NCBI GenBank assembly: GCA_964016885.1
Contig: OZ024743.1
Coordinates: 126,728,001-126,792,000 of the forward strand
Length of the DNA: 64,000 nucleotides
DNA from: Eledone cirrhosa
Taxonomy: Eukaryota
Direction of reading: 5' to 3'
Shown: positions 25,594 to 38,690 of the stretch, one piece after another
Numbering within the stretch: the first letter of the stretch is position 1
How the letters are laid out: each line of letters starts with the position of its first letter
The notes under the pieces: generated by a model
What the model was told of the DNA's origin: nothing
What the model saw: the letters and a program-made list of their open reading frames with translations, nothing else
Databases searched by the model: none
Position numbers and translations under genes: made by a program

Positions 25594-28500
25594 ACATTAC
25601 TTTTGTTTTTTTATGTAGACATTGTTCATTCAGATAGTTCAGATTTTATTTTCATAACTTTTCACTTTCATGTTACATGCCTAACGTTTTAGACTATCTA
25701 TCCCTGCCTAAAAATCAAGTATAAGTAACCATGCTAACCGTTACACCACCGACGCTTCATACAAGTCCGATCATCATTTAAGGTACTGAACTATACAAAA
25801 TACTGGTGTCTACCAAAGCTGCTGCTTTAAATATTCTCTGAATTCAGCCAAGCTTTCTCTTATCATTGCTCTCTGGCGTGAGGGCCCATGGCACACAAGT
25901 TGAACTGATGTAGTAGAAGTTGATACTTTTTAATCTCTGTCCTTTCCCTCTTTTAATTGAATTATATATAAAAAAGGAATAACATTAGAATTTGAACAAA
26001 CGGAAGACGACAGACTTTAAAACACAGCATAGCTTAGCAAGGCCGTTTGCTTGCAAGCGGATCGAATATTATTATTATTATTCGATATAACCCATACTTA
26101 CATTTAAAAAAGAAATGTTATGATTGAAAAGATAAAACACATCCATAAGTGCCTCAGTTGCGTCTGCCAGGAGCCGAATCCGGACCTACTGCTTGGAAAG
26201 CAACCATGCTTACCGTTACACCACAGACGTCTTTCCGATGCGGTGAATCATTTAAAGATTCTAAGCTATATATAATTTTTGTGTCTATCAAAGCTACTGT
26301 TTTAATTTCTTTGCTATATTCATCCATTTTTCTCCTTCATTGTGTGTTGGCAATGTTGGAGGAGGCATTCTGTGCTCAACTGAAGGTAGCCGTATTGAAA
26401 TAAGACCTGATACTAAACTACCTTTCCTCAAGACCCGACAAGCGTGTGCGTTCTACATTTTGCGAGTATGTAGAGAATGTATTCGTGAAATAAAAAGAGT
26501 CCTTATGCAATGTGAAGTATCATTTAAGGATTCTGAAAACCTGCATCTCTCGGAGACAAATCACCAAATTTATGTCTTCTGCCTGACTTGGCACTCTACA
26601 TTGAATTACGTATAGAAGTACCATGAATATCTCCCTCTGACTATGTTGAACAAACAGAGAGAAAGTAGAGAAATCTCTCGATAAACCCGTTTTTAGATTA
26701 TCCTTCTTGCGTAAATAAACATGAAAAACATCAATGGCGAGATTTGATTTCGGAACGTAAACTACACTGTTTTGATATGGAGTCCACAGGGTGTAGCAGA
26801 GATATGTTTTCCAACTGATGGTGTAGAGATCTTCTTTTCTTAATATATATTTCTCAACTACATATACTTGACATTTAGGAAGATATAGAGAATCTAAAAT
26901 GTTAGACATGTGACATACAGTAGAGATCGTGACGAAAATATAATAAGAAAAATCTGCATGATTTGTCTAAACAAACAAAATTAAATGTCGGTTGGGAGTC
27001 GAACCCGGATCGACTGTTTGTAAGGCATCCATTCTAACCGTTACACCAGCGAAGCCTCATACAGACTCTATACTAAGTTAAAAATACGAAACCATAGAAA
27101 ATATTTGTGTCTACCAAAGCTGCTGCTTTCAGTTTTCTCTGAACTCAGTCATATTTTCTATACCTTCTCTTCTTTTTTATGATATATAAATATGTTAAAT
27201 ATTGGAAAGAACAAAATATTTTATGTGATCTTTGTTGACTTCACGAAATCATTCATTCCAGAAATCAGATCATGCTATGTGGCTGGTACTCAGGTGACAC
27301 AGAGTGAACTCCAGTTCTGAACACTTACATGCGGTAATGGAAGACAAACTGGGCTGCATACAAAATTACAACAAAAATTCTCTCTTTGTGTGATGGCAAT
27401 GTTCGAGGAGGCATTCTGTGCTCAACAGAAGGTAGCCGTATTGAAATAAGACCTGATATCAAACAACCTTTTCTCGTTAACTTGTTCTTCTACAGATCCA
27501 CAATTCTAGAACCCGGATCGACTGCTTGGAAGGCAACCATGCTAACCTTTATACCACAGACACCCCATACAAACTCTAAACTGGGCTGCATACAAAATGC
27601 TTACGAGCATTAATATATGTTTATTCAGTACATATTTGTTAATGTCTATGTATATGTTCGAGTTTGTGTATGTGTGTAAGTGTGTGTTTATAGTAGAAAT
27701 AACCACTCCTGAAAAGCAAGCGTACTCCTTGTACATATTAGGTGTGTGTAGAGAATGCTTTCGTGAAATCCAAAAAGTCCATATGCAATGTGCTGAATCA
27801 TTTATGGATACTGAAACTCTTCATCACTCGGAGACAAAACACTGAATTTGTGGTGTCATTTGCACGTCTTCTCATTCTCCATTCAAATCCAGGAAGAAGT
27901 ACTGTGCCTTTCTTTCTCTGCCTCTGTTGAGAAAACAGAGAGCAAGTAGAGAAATCTCTTGATTAAAAACCCGTATTTATATTATCCTTCTTGTGTTATG
28001 GGTTCTCAAATAAATATGAAAAGCATCACTGGTGGGATATCGGAACGTAAAATACACAAGTGAAGTCCACAACATGTCCACAAGATTTCTCCACGTACTC
28101 TCTGTTTGCTCAACAGAGTCAGGAGGGGAAATTAATGGTATTTCTACACGGAATTCAATGCTGAGTGAAAGGGCAAAAGGCACCAAGAATTTGATGTTTT
28201 GGTCTGAGAGATGCAGAGGTTCAGTATCCTTAAATAAAACAACACATTGCATAAGGATCCTTTTAATTTCACTAAGTGATTATTTCCACTATAAACACAC
28301 ACATACCGACAAACACAAACTCGAACACATACATAGACATTAACACATGTAATGAATAACCATATATTAATGCTCGTGTACAATAGTGTAACTTATCTAT
28401 TTATCATAGAGGGAAAAGAAAGAGAAAAAATGACTGAATTCGGCAAAAAAACTTAGACGTTGTAGGTTAGGTTGACAAAGACTTTCTATTAGAATATTTA

Positions 28501-29183
28501 AATGATCCTGTTCGTTAAAAGGATGTCGGTAGTGTAACGGTTAGCATGGTTTCTTTCATAGCAATTGTTCGTGGTGCGACACCCGGTCGACTTATGTCCT
28601 CTTTATTAAGGTACTGTTAAAATACTTTTTTATTTTCATTTCTCTTTCTTGATTAAATTTGTCTTTTTAATGATACCATTTGTTTTTCTTTATAATTCAA
28701 ATGAAATAGGGAAAGGGCAGATGTAAAAAAAGTATCAAATTCTACATCAGCTGCGAATATATCTAAGACACATCTCATGGCCATAAGGACAAATGGCGTA
28801 ATTTATATTCCGAGATCAAATCCCACCAGTTGTGTCGCTGAAATTTTTTTGAGACACCATATGCAAGATGGATGACGTGAAGACGAGGATTATCGAGGAA
28901 TTTCTCCATTTATCTCATTGTGGCTACCTCCAGTTATGCAGAGTACTCCCTCTAGCATTGCAAACTCACAAAGGGAGAATTTCGTTTTTCTGAGTATCAA
29001 AACCCTATGAGTACCAGCCATATGATACGACCTGGTATCTGTATCGAATGATTTGTTGAAGTCAACAAAGACTACATACAATGCTTTGTTATTTCTCAAG
29101 AGAAAACTTAAAGCAGCAGCTTTGCTAGACACAAACATTTTGTATAGTTCAATATCTTTAAATGATGGTAAAGTTTGTATGAG

Positions 29184-29255
29184 GCGTCGGTGGTGTAACG
29201 GTTAGCATGGTTGCCTTCCAAGCAGTCGATCCGGGTTCGACTCCCGGCCGACGCA
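29184..29255 (+). tRNA. tRNA-Gly(TCC), intact
   Basis: Identical to consensus. Confidence 0.96.
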
Positions 29256-29989
29256 TCTTCAATTTTGTTTATTTACACACTGTTCATGCAGATTTTTCTT
29301 ACTATATATTTTCATAACGATTTCTACTGCATGTTACATGTCATCGTTTGAGACTATCTATATCTACCTAAAAGGCAAGTATAAATGGTTGAGAAAAAGT
29401 TATTAAGAAAAGAATAATTCTATACCCTCATTTAGACAGCATATCTCTATTACACCTGGCGATTGGTGTAAACGGTGTACTTTACCCTTCTGAAATCAAA
29501 TCCAGAAGCATCTTTGGTAGACACAAAAAACTTCCTTTGGTTAGAATCTTTAAATGGTTTTACTCGTTGAAAAGACGTCGGTGGTGTAACAGTTAGCATG
29601 ACTTGCTTCCAAGCAATCGATCCGAGTTCGACTACCGGCCGAATCATCTTCGACAGGAGTTTAACTTGTGTGCCATTAACTCTCATGCCAGACAGCGATG
29701 ATAAATGCAAACGTTTCTGGGTATCAAAACCCTCTGAGTACCAAGGATATGTCACAACCCACCAGTGATGTTGATATTTATTTGAGACACCATGTGCAAG
29801 ATGGATGACATGAAGTCTGGCATTAGCGATGAAATACTCTATTTGCTCAAAAGTGTCAGTAAGAAAGTCACAGCAGTTCTACCAGAAATTCAAAATGGAT
29901 AGAGGGACGTGGTACAGGCACCATGAAACAACGCTAGAACTGTTTGTTCGGAAAAACAAGAAATGGAAAGAAACCGCTTATTAATAATT

Positions 29990-30176
29990 GTTTCTACCTT
30001 TGGCAAAAGGCCAGCATTTATGCCAGTGTATTACTGGTACTTCATTTTATCGACCCCGTAAGGATGAAAGGCAAAGTTAACCTCGGCGGGATTTGAACTC
30101 AGATAATAAAGGGCCCTAACTCTTTGCTGCAAAGCATGGCGTCCGACCCTCTATCGATACGGCCAATCCACCGCCC
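29990..30176 (-). mobile_element. SINE copy in unit 3
   Basis: Same site and TSD as 16912. Confidence 0.92.
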
Positions 30177-32071
30177 TTATTAATAATTATCTCCTCTTCA
30201 AATATTGGCAACAACCAAGAGGGAATTCTTCTCTTATTTTTGCATGCGTCCCAGCTTCACACTCAGTACAGTATGTAACTGTTCAGAACTGGAGTTGAAA
30301 TTGTGTGCTATGAGCTCTTCTTCCAGAGAGCAATGATAAGAGAGTACCAGAGAGCAATGATAAGAGAGTACCAGCCACATAGCATGGTCTGATTTCTGTA
30401 TAGAATGATTTCGTAAAGTCAACAAAGATCACATAAAATACTTTGGTCTTTCCAATATTTAACATATTTATATATCATACAGAGAAAAGAAGGTATAGAA
30501 AACATGACTGAGTTGAGAGAAAACTTAAAGCAGCAGCTTTGGTAGACACAAATATTTTGTATAGTTTAGTATCTTTAAATGATAGCGTAAATAATAAAAG
30601 AAACTACGTTTTAATAATGAGATTCTGGACGTCTGATATTTTCGACGAGATCTGTAAAAGAACATGTTACCCGGTCAGGAGGAAAGGTAGTTAAGTATCA
30701 GGTCTTATTTCAATGCAGCTACCTTCAGTTGAGCACAGAATGCCTCCTCGAACATTGCCAACACTCAAAGAGTGAACTTTTGTTGTAAATTTGTCTCCCA
30801 TTGCCACATGTAAGTGTTCAGAACTGGATATAATCCTGTGTCACCTGAGACGTCATGGCAGAGAGCAATGATAAGAGTACACTTTTCTGGGTATCAAACC
30901 CTCTAAGTACCAGCCACATAGCATCACCCGATTTCTGCATGGAATCATTTCGTGATGTCAACAAAGATCACATAAAATACTTTGTTCTTTCCAATATTTA
31001 ACATATTTATATGTTATAATCCAACATTTATATTCTAATATTTAACATGTTTAGATACAGAGAAGAGAAGGTATAGAAAACATGACATGTAGGCAGAAAC
31101 AATTTATATAGTTCAGTATCTTTAAATGATGGTGGCGTTAGCATGAGTCTTCGGTGGTGTAACGGTTAGCATGGTTGCCGTCCAAGCAGTCGATCCGCGT
31201 TCGACTCCCGGCCGACGCTTGAGTTTCGTTTTTGATGGAGGTGCTTTGTGTTTTTAATCATAACATTTCTTTGATTTTTATATCTAATTCAAATAAGAGA
31301 AGGAAAGGACAGGGGTTAAAAACGTCAAATTCTACTACATCAGTTGAGAAATATATCTCAGACACAATCGTGAACCCAATGACAAACGGCGTACTTTACA
31401 TTCCGAGATCAAATACCACCAGTTATGTCGTTGATATTTGTTTGAGAAACCATTTGCAAGATGGATAACGTGAAGACGAGGATAATCGAAGAATTTCTCT
31501 GGTTACTCAAAAGTCCAATTGAAGAAAATGACAACATTTCTACTGGAAACCGAAAGTGGATTGAGGGGACGTAGTAAGAGAATCTTGAAACAACTCTAGA
31601 ATTGTGGGTTGTTAAGAAAAAGAAACGGCGTATTAATAATGACATCCTTGACCTCTGTCATTTACGGGGTGATGAGTAAAACAAAATGTTAACAACTCAG
31701 GAAAAAAGGTTGTTTACTATCAGGTCTTATCTGAATGTGGCTACCTGGGGTTGAGAGTAGAATGCTTCCTCGATCACTGGCAATACACAAAGAGAGAAAT
31801 TCGTCTTTTATGTTTGCATGTAGCCCAGCTTGACTCCCACTACCACATGTAAGTGTTCAGAACTGGAGTAACTTGTGTCACCTAGCTCTCATGCCAGAGA
31901 GCAATGATAACAGTGGTCTTTTCTGGCTGTCAAAACCCTCCGAGTACCAACCACATCGTAGTATATAAAACATGACGAGTTCAGAGAAAACTTAAAGCAG
32001 ACAAACATTTTGGGAGAGACAAACATTTTGTATTGTTCAGTATCTTTAAATGATGGCGAAACTTTCATGAG

Positions 32072-32143
32072 GCGTCGGTGGTGTAACGGTTACCATGGTT
32101 GCTTTCCAAGCAATCGATCCGGGTTCGACTCCCGGCCGACGCA
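32072..32143 (+). tRNA. tRNA-Gly(TCC) isodecoder (C22, T32, A42)
   Basis: Identical to 18993-19064. Confidence 0.82.
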
Positions 32144-35100
32144 ATATTACTTTTGTTTTTTTATGTAGACATTGTTCATTCAGATAGTTCAGATTTTATT
32201 TTCATAACTTTTCACTTTCATGTTACATGTCTAACGTTTTAGACTATCTATCCCTGCCTAAAAATCAAGTATAAGTAACCATGCTAACCGTTACACCACC
32301 GACGCTTCATACAAGTCCGATCATCATGTAAGGTACTGAACTATACAAAATACTGGTGTCTACCAAAGCTGCTGCTTTAAATATTCTCTGAATTCAGCCA
32401 AGCTTTCTCTTATCATTGCTCTCTGGCGTGAGGGCCCATGGCACACAAGTTGAACTGATGTAGTAGAAGTTGATACTTTTTAATCTCTGTCCTTTCCCTC
32501 TTTTAATTGAATTATATATAAAAAAGGAATAAAATTAGAATTTGAACAAACGGAAGACGACAGACTTTAAAACACAGCATAGCTTAGTAAGGCCGCTTGC
32601 TTGCAAACGGATCGAATATTATTATTATTATTCGATATAACCCATACTTACATTTAAAAAAGAAATGTTATGATTGAAAAGATAAAACACATCCATAAGT
32701 GCCTCAGTTGCGTCTGCCAGGAGCCGAATCCGGACCTACTGCTTGGAAAGCAACCATGCTTACCGTTACACCACGGACGTCTTTCCGATGCGGTGAATCA
32801 TTTAAAGATTCTAAGCTATATATAATTTTTGTGTCTATCAAAGCTACTGTTTTAATTTCTTTGTTATATTCATCCATTTTTCTCCTTCATTGTGTGTTGG
32901 CAATGTTCGAGGAGGCATTCTGTGTTCAACTGAAGGTAGCCGTATTGAAATAAGACCTGATACTAAACTACCTTTCCTCAAGACCCGACAAGCGTGTGCG
33001 TTCTACATTTTGCGAGTATGTAGAGAATGTATTCGTGAAATCAAAAGAGTCCTTATGCAATGTGAAGTATCATTTAAGGATTCTGAAAACCTGCATCTCT
33101 CGGAGACAAATCACCAAATTTAAGTCTTCTGCCTGACTTGGCACTCTACATTGAATTACGTATAGAAGTACCATGAATATCTCCCTCTGACTATGTTGAA
33201 CAAACAGAGAGAAAGTAGAGAAATCTCTCGATAAAACCGTTTTTAGATTATCCTTCTTGCGTAAATAAACATGAAAAACATCAATGGCGGGATTTGATTT
33301 CGGAACGTAAACTACACTGTTTTGATATGGAGTCCACAGGGTGTAGCAGAGATATGTTTTCCAACTGACGGTGTAGAGATCTTCTTTTCTTAATATATAT
33401 TTCTCAACTACATATACTTGACATTTAGGAAGATATAGAGAATCTAAAATGTTAGACATGTGAAATACAGTAGAGATCGTGACGAAAATATAATAAGAAA
33501 AATCTGCATGAACAGTGTCTAAACAAACAAAATTAAATGTCGGTTGGGAGTCGAACCCGGATCGACTGTTTGTAAGGCATCCATTCTAACCGTTACACCA
33601 GCGAAGCCTCATACAGAATCTATCCTCAGTTACAAATACGAAACCATAGAAAATATTTGTGTCTACCAAAGCTTCTGCTTTCAGTTTTCTCTGAACTCAG
33701 TCATGTTTTCTATACCTTCTCTTCTTTTTTATGATATATAAATATGTTAAATATTGGAAAGAACAAAGTATTTTATGTGATCTTTGTTGACTTCACGAAA
33801 TCATTCATTCCAGAAATCAGATCATGCTATGTGGCTGGTACTCAGGTGACACAGAGTGAACTCCAGTTCTGAACACTTACATGCGGTAATGGAAGACAAA
33901 CTGGGCTGCATACAAAATTACAACAAAAATTCTCTCTTTGTGTGTTGGCAATGTTCGAGGAGGCATTCTGTGCTCAACAGAAGGTAGCCGTATTAAAATA
34001 AGACCTGATATTAAACAACCTTTTCTCGTTAACTTGTTCTTCTACAGATCACCAATTCTAGAACCCGGATCGACTGCTTGGAAAGCAACCATGCTAACCT
34101 TTATACCACCGACACCCCATACAAACTCTAAACTGGGCTGCATACAAAATGCTTACGAGCATTAATATATGTTTATTCAGTACATATTTGTTAATGTCTA
34201 TGTATATGTTCGAGTTTGTGTATGTGTGTAAGTGTGTGTTTATAGTAGAAATAACCACTCCTGAAAAGCAAGCGTACTCCTTGTACATATTAGGCGTGTG
34301 TAGAGAATGCTTTCGTGAAATCCAAAAAGTCCATATGCAATGTGCTGAATCATTTATGGATACTGAAACCCTTCATCACTCGGAGACAAAACACTGAATT
34401 TGTGGTGTCATTTGCACGTCTTCTCATTCTCCATTCAAATCCAGGAAGAAGTACTGTGCTTTTCTTTCTCTGTTGAGCAACCAGAGAGCAAGTAGAGAAA
34501 TCTCTTGATAAAAAACCGGTATTTATATTATCCTTCTTATGTTATGGGTTCTCAAATAAATATGAAAAGCATCACTGGTGGGATATCGGAACGTAAAATA
34601 CACAAGTGAAGTCCACAACATGTCCACAAGATTTCTCCACGTACTCTCTGTTTGCTCAACAGAGTCAGGAGGGGAAATTAATGGTATTTCTACACGGAAT
34701 TCAATGCTGAGTGAAAGGGCAAAAGGCACCAAGAATTTGATGTTTTGGTCTGAGAGATGCAGAGGTTCAGTATCCTTAAATAAAACAACACATTGCATAA
34801 GGATCCTTTTGATTTCACTAAGTGATTATTTCTACTATAAACACACACATACCGACAAACACAAACTCGAACACATACATAGACATTAACACATGTAATG
34901 AATACCCATATATTAATGCTCGTGTACAATAGTGTAACTTATCTATTTATCATAGAGGGAAAAGAAAGAGAAAAAATGACTGAATTCGGCAAAAAAACTT
35001 AGACCTTGTAGGTTTGGTTGACAAATACTTTCTATTAGAATATTTAAATGATCCTGTTCGTTAAAAGGATGTCGGTAGTGTAACGGTTAGCATGGTTTCT

Positions 35101-35729
35101 TTCATAGCAATTGTTCGTGGTTCGACACCCGGCCGACTTATGTCCTCTTTATTAAGGTACTGTTAAAATACTTTTTTATTTTCATTTCTCTTTCTTGATT
35201 AAATTTGTCTTTTTAATGATACCATTTGTTTTTCTTTATAATTCAAATGAAATATGGAAAGGGCAGATGTAAAAAAAGTATCAAATTCTACATCAGCTGC
35301 GAATATATCTAAGACACATCTCATGGACATAAGGACAAATGGCGTAATTTATATTCCGAGATCAAATCCCACCAGTTGTGTCGCTGAAATTTTTTTGAGA
35401 CACCATATGCAAGATGGATGACGTGAAGACGAGGATTTTCGAGGAATTTCCCCATTTATCTCATTGTGGCTACCTCCAGTTATGCAGAGTACTCCCTCTA
35501 GCATTGCAAACTCACAAAGGGAGAATTTCGTTTTTCTGAGTATCAAAACCCTATGAGTACCAGCCATATGATACGACTTGGTATCTGTATCGAATGATTT
35601 GTTGAAGTCAACAAAGACTACATACAATGCTTTGTTATTTCTCAAGAGAAAACTTAAAGCCGCAGCTTTGCTAGACACAAACATTTTGTATAGTTCAATA
35701 TCTTTAAATGATGGTAAAGTTTGTATGAG

Positions 35730-35801
35730 GCGTCGGTGGTGTAACGGTTAGCATGGTTGCCTTCCAAGCAGTCGATCCGGGTTCGACTCCCGGCCGACGC
35801 A
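35730..35801 (+). tRNA. tRNA-Gly(TCC), intact
   Basis: Identical to consensus. Confidence 0.96.
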
Positions 35802-36536
35802 TCTTCAATTTTGCTTGTTTAGACACTGTTCATGCAGATTTTTCTTATTATATATTTTCATAACGATTTCTACTGCATGTTACATGTCATCGTTTGAGAC
35901 TATCTATATCTACCTAAAAGGCAAGTATAAATGGTTCAGAAGAAGTTATTAAGAAAAGAATAATTCTATACACTCATTTAGACAGCATATCTCTATTACA
36001 CCTGGCGGATTGGTGTAAACGGTGTACTTTACCCTTCTGAAATCAAATCCAGAAGCATCTTTGGTAGACACAAAAAACTTCCTTTGGTTAGAATCTTTAA
36101 ATGGTTTTACTCGTTGAAAAGACGTCGGTGGTGTAACAGTTAGCATGACTTGCTTCCAAGCAATCTATCCGAGTTCGACTACCGGCCGAATCATCTTCGA
36201 CAGGAGTTTAACTTGTGTGCCATTAACTCTCATGCCAGACAGCGATGATAAATGCAAATGTTTCTGGGTATCAAAACGCTCTGAGTACCAAGGATATGTC
36301 ACAACCCACCAGTGATGTTGATATTTATTTGAGACACCATGTGCAAGATGGATGACATGAAGTCTGGTATTAGCGATGAAATACTCTATTTGCTCAAAAG
36401 TGTCAGTAAGAAAATCACAGCAGTTCTACCAGAAACTCAAAATGGATAGAGGGACGTGGTACAGGCACCATGAAACAACGCTAGAACTGTTTGTTCGGAA
36501 AAACAAGAAATGGAAAGAAACCGCTTATTAATAATT

Positions 36537-36723
36537 GTTTCTACCTTTGGCAAAACGCCAGCATTTATCCCAGTGTATTACTGGTACTTCATTTTATCGA
36601 CCCCGTAAGGATGAAAGGCAAAGTTAACCTCGGCGGGATTTAAACTCAGATAATAAATGGCCCTAACTCTTTGCTGCAAAGTATGGCATCCGACCCTCTA
36701 TCGATACGGGCAATCCACCGCCC
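36537..36723 (-). mobile_element. SINE copy in unit 4
   Basis: Same site and TSD as 16912. Confidence 0.92.
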
Positions 36724-38618
36724 TTATTAATAATTATCTCCTCTTCAAATATTGGCAACAACCAAGAGGGAATTCTTTTCTTATTTGTGCATGCGTCCCA
36801 GCTTCACACCCAGTACAGTATGTAACTGTTCAGAACTGGAGTTGAAATTGTGTGATATGAGCTCTTCTTCCAGAGAGCAATGATAAGAGAGTACCAGAGA
36901 GCAATGATAAGAGAGTACCAGCCACATAGCATGGTTTGATTTCTGTATAGAATGATTTCGTAAAGTCAACAAAGATCACATAAAATACTTTGGTCTTTCC
37001 AATATTTAACATATTTATATATCATACAGAGAAAAGAAGGTATAGAAAACATGACTGAGTTGAGAGAAAACTTAAAGCAGCAGCTTTGGTAGACACAAAT
37101 ATTTTGTATAGTTTAGTATCTTTAAATGATAGCGTAAATAAAAAAAGAAACTACGTTTTAATAATGAGATTCTGGACGTCTGATATTTTCGACGAGATCT
37201 GTAAAAGAACATGTTACCCGGTCAGGAGGAAAGGTAGTTAAGTATCAGGTCTTATTTCAATGCAGCTACCTTCAGTTGAGCACAGAATGCCTCCTCGAAC
37301 ATTGCCAACACTCAAAGAGTGAACTTTTGTTGTAAATTTGTCTCCCATTGCCACATGTAAGTGTTCAGAACTGGATATAATCCTGTGTCACCTGAGCCGT
37401 CATGGCAGAGAGCAATGATAAGAGTAAACTTTTCTGGGTATCAAACCCTCTAAGAACCAGCCACATAGCATGACCCGATTTCTGCATGGAATCATTTCGT
37501 GATGTCAACAAAGATCACATAAAATACTTTGTTCTTTCCAATATTTAACATATTTATATGTTATAATCCAACATTTATATTCTAATATTTAACATGTTTA
37601 GATACAGAGAAGAGAAGGTATAGAAAACATGACATGTAGGCAGAAACAATTTATATAGTTCAGTATCTTTAAATGATGGCGGCGTTAGCATGAGGCTTCG
37701 GTGGTGTAACGGTTAGCATGGTTGCCGTCCAAGCAGTCGATCCGCGTTCGACTCTCGGCCGACGCATGAGTTTCGTTTTTGATGGAGGTGCTTTGTGTTT
37801 TTAATCATAACATTTCTTTGATTTTTATATATAATTCAAATAAGAGAAGGAAAGGACAGGGGTTAAAAACGTCAAATTCTACTACATCAGTTGAGAAATA
37901 TATCTCAGACACAATCGTGAACCCAATGACAAACGGCGTACTTTACAATCCGAGATCAAATACCACCAGTTATGTCGTTGATATTTGTTTGAGACACCAT
38001 ATGCAAGATGGATAACGTGAAGACGAGGATAATCGAGGAATTTCTCTGGTAACTCAAAAGTCCAAGTGAAGAAAATGACAACATTTCTACTGGAAACCGA
38101 AAGTGGATTGAGGGGACATAGTAAGAGAATCTTGAAACAACTCTAGAATTGTGGGTTGTTAAGAAAAAGAAACGGCGTATTAATAATGACAGCCTTGACC
38201 TCTGTCATTTACGGGGTGATGAGTAAAACAAAATGTTAACAACTCAGGAAAAAAGGTTGTTTGCTATCAGGTCTTATCTGAATGTGGCTACCTGGGGTTG
38301 AGAGTAGAATGCTTCCTCGATCATTGGCAATACACAAAGAGAGAAATTCGTCTTTTATGTTTGCATGTAGCCCAGCTTGACTCCCACTACCACATGTAAG
38401 TGTTCAGAACTGGAGTAACTTGTGTCACCTAGCTCTCATGCCAGAGAGCAATGATAACAGTGGTCTTTTCTGGCTGTCAAAACCCTCCGAGTACCAGCCA
38501 CATCGTAGTATATAAAACATGACGAGTTCAGAGACAACTTAAAGCAGACAAACATTTTGGGAGAGACAAACATTTTGTATTGTTCAGTATCTTTAAATGA
38601 TGGCGAAACTTTCATGAG

Positions 38619-38690
38619 GCGTCGGTGGTGTAACGGTTACCATGGTTGCTTTCCAAGCAATCGATCCGGGTTCGACTCCCGGCCGACGCA
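38619..38690 (+). tRNA. tRNA-Gly(TCC) isodecoder (C22, T32, A42)
   Basis: Identical to 18993-19064. Confidence 0.82.
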
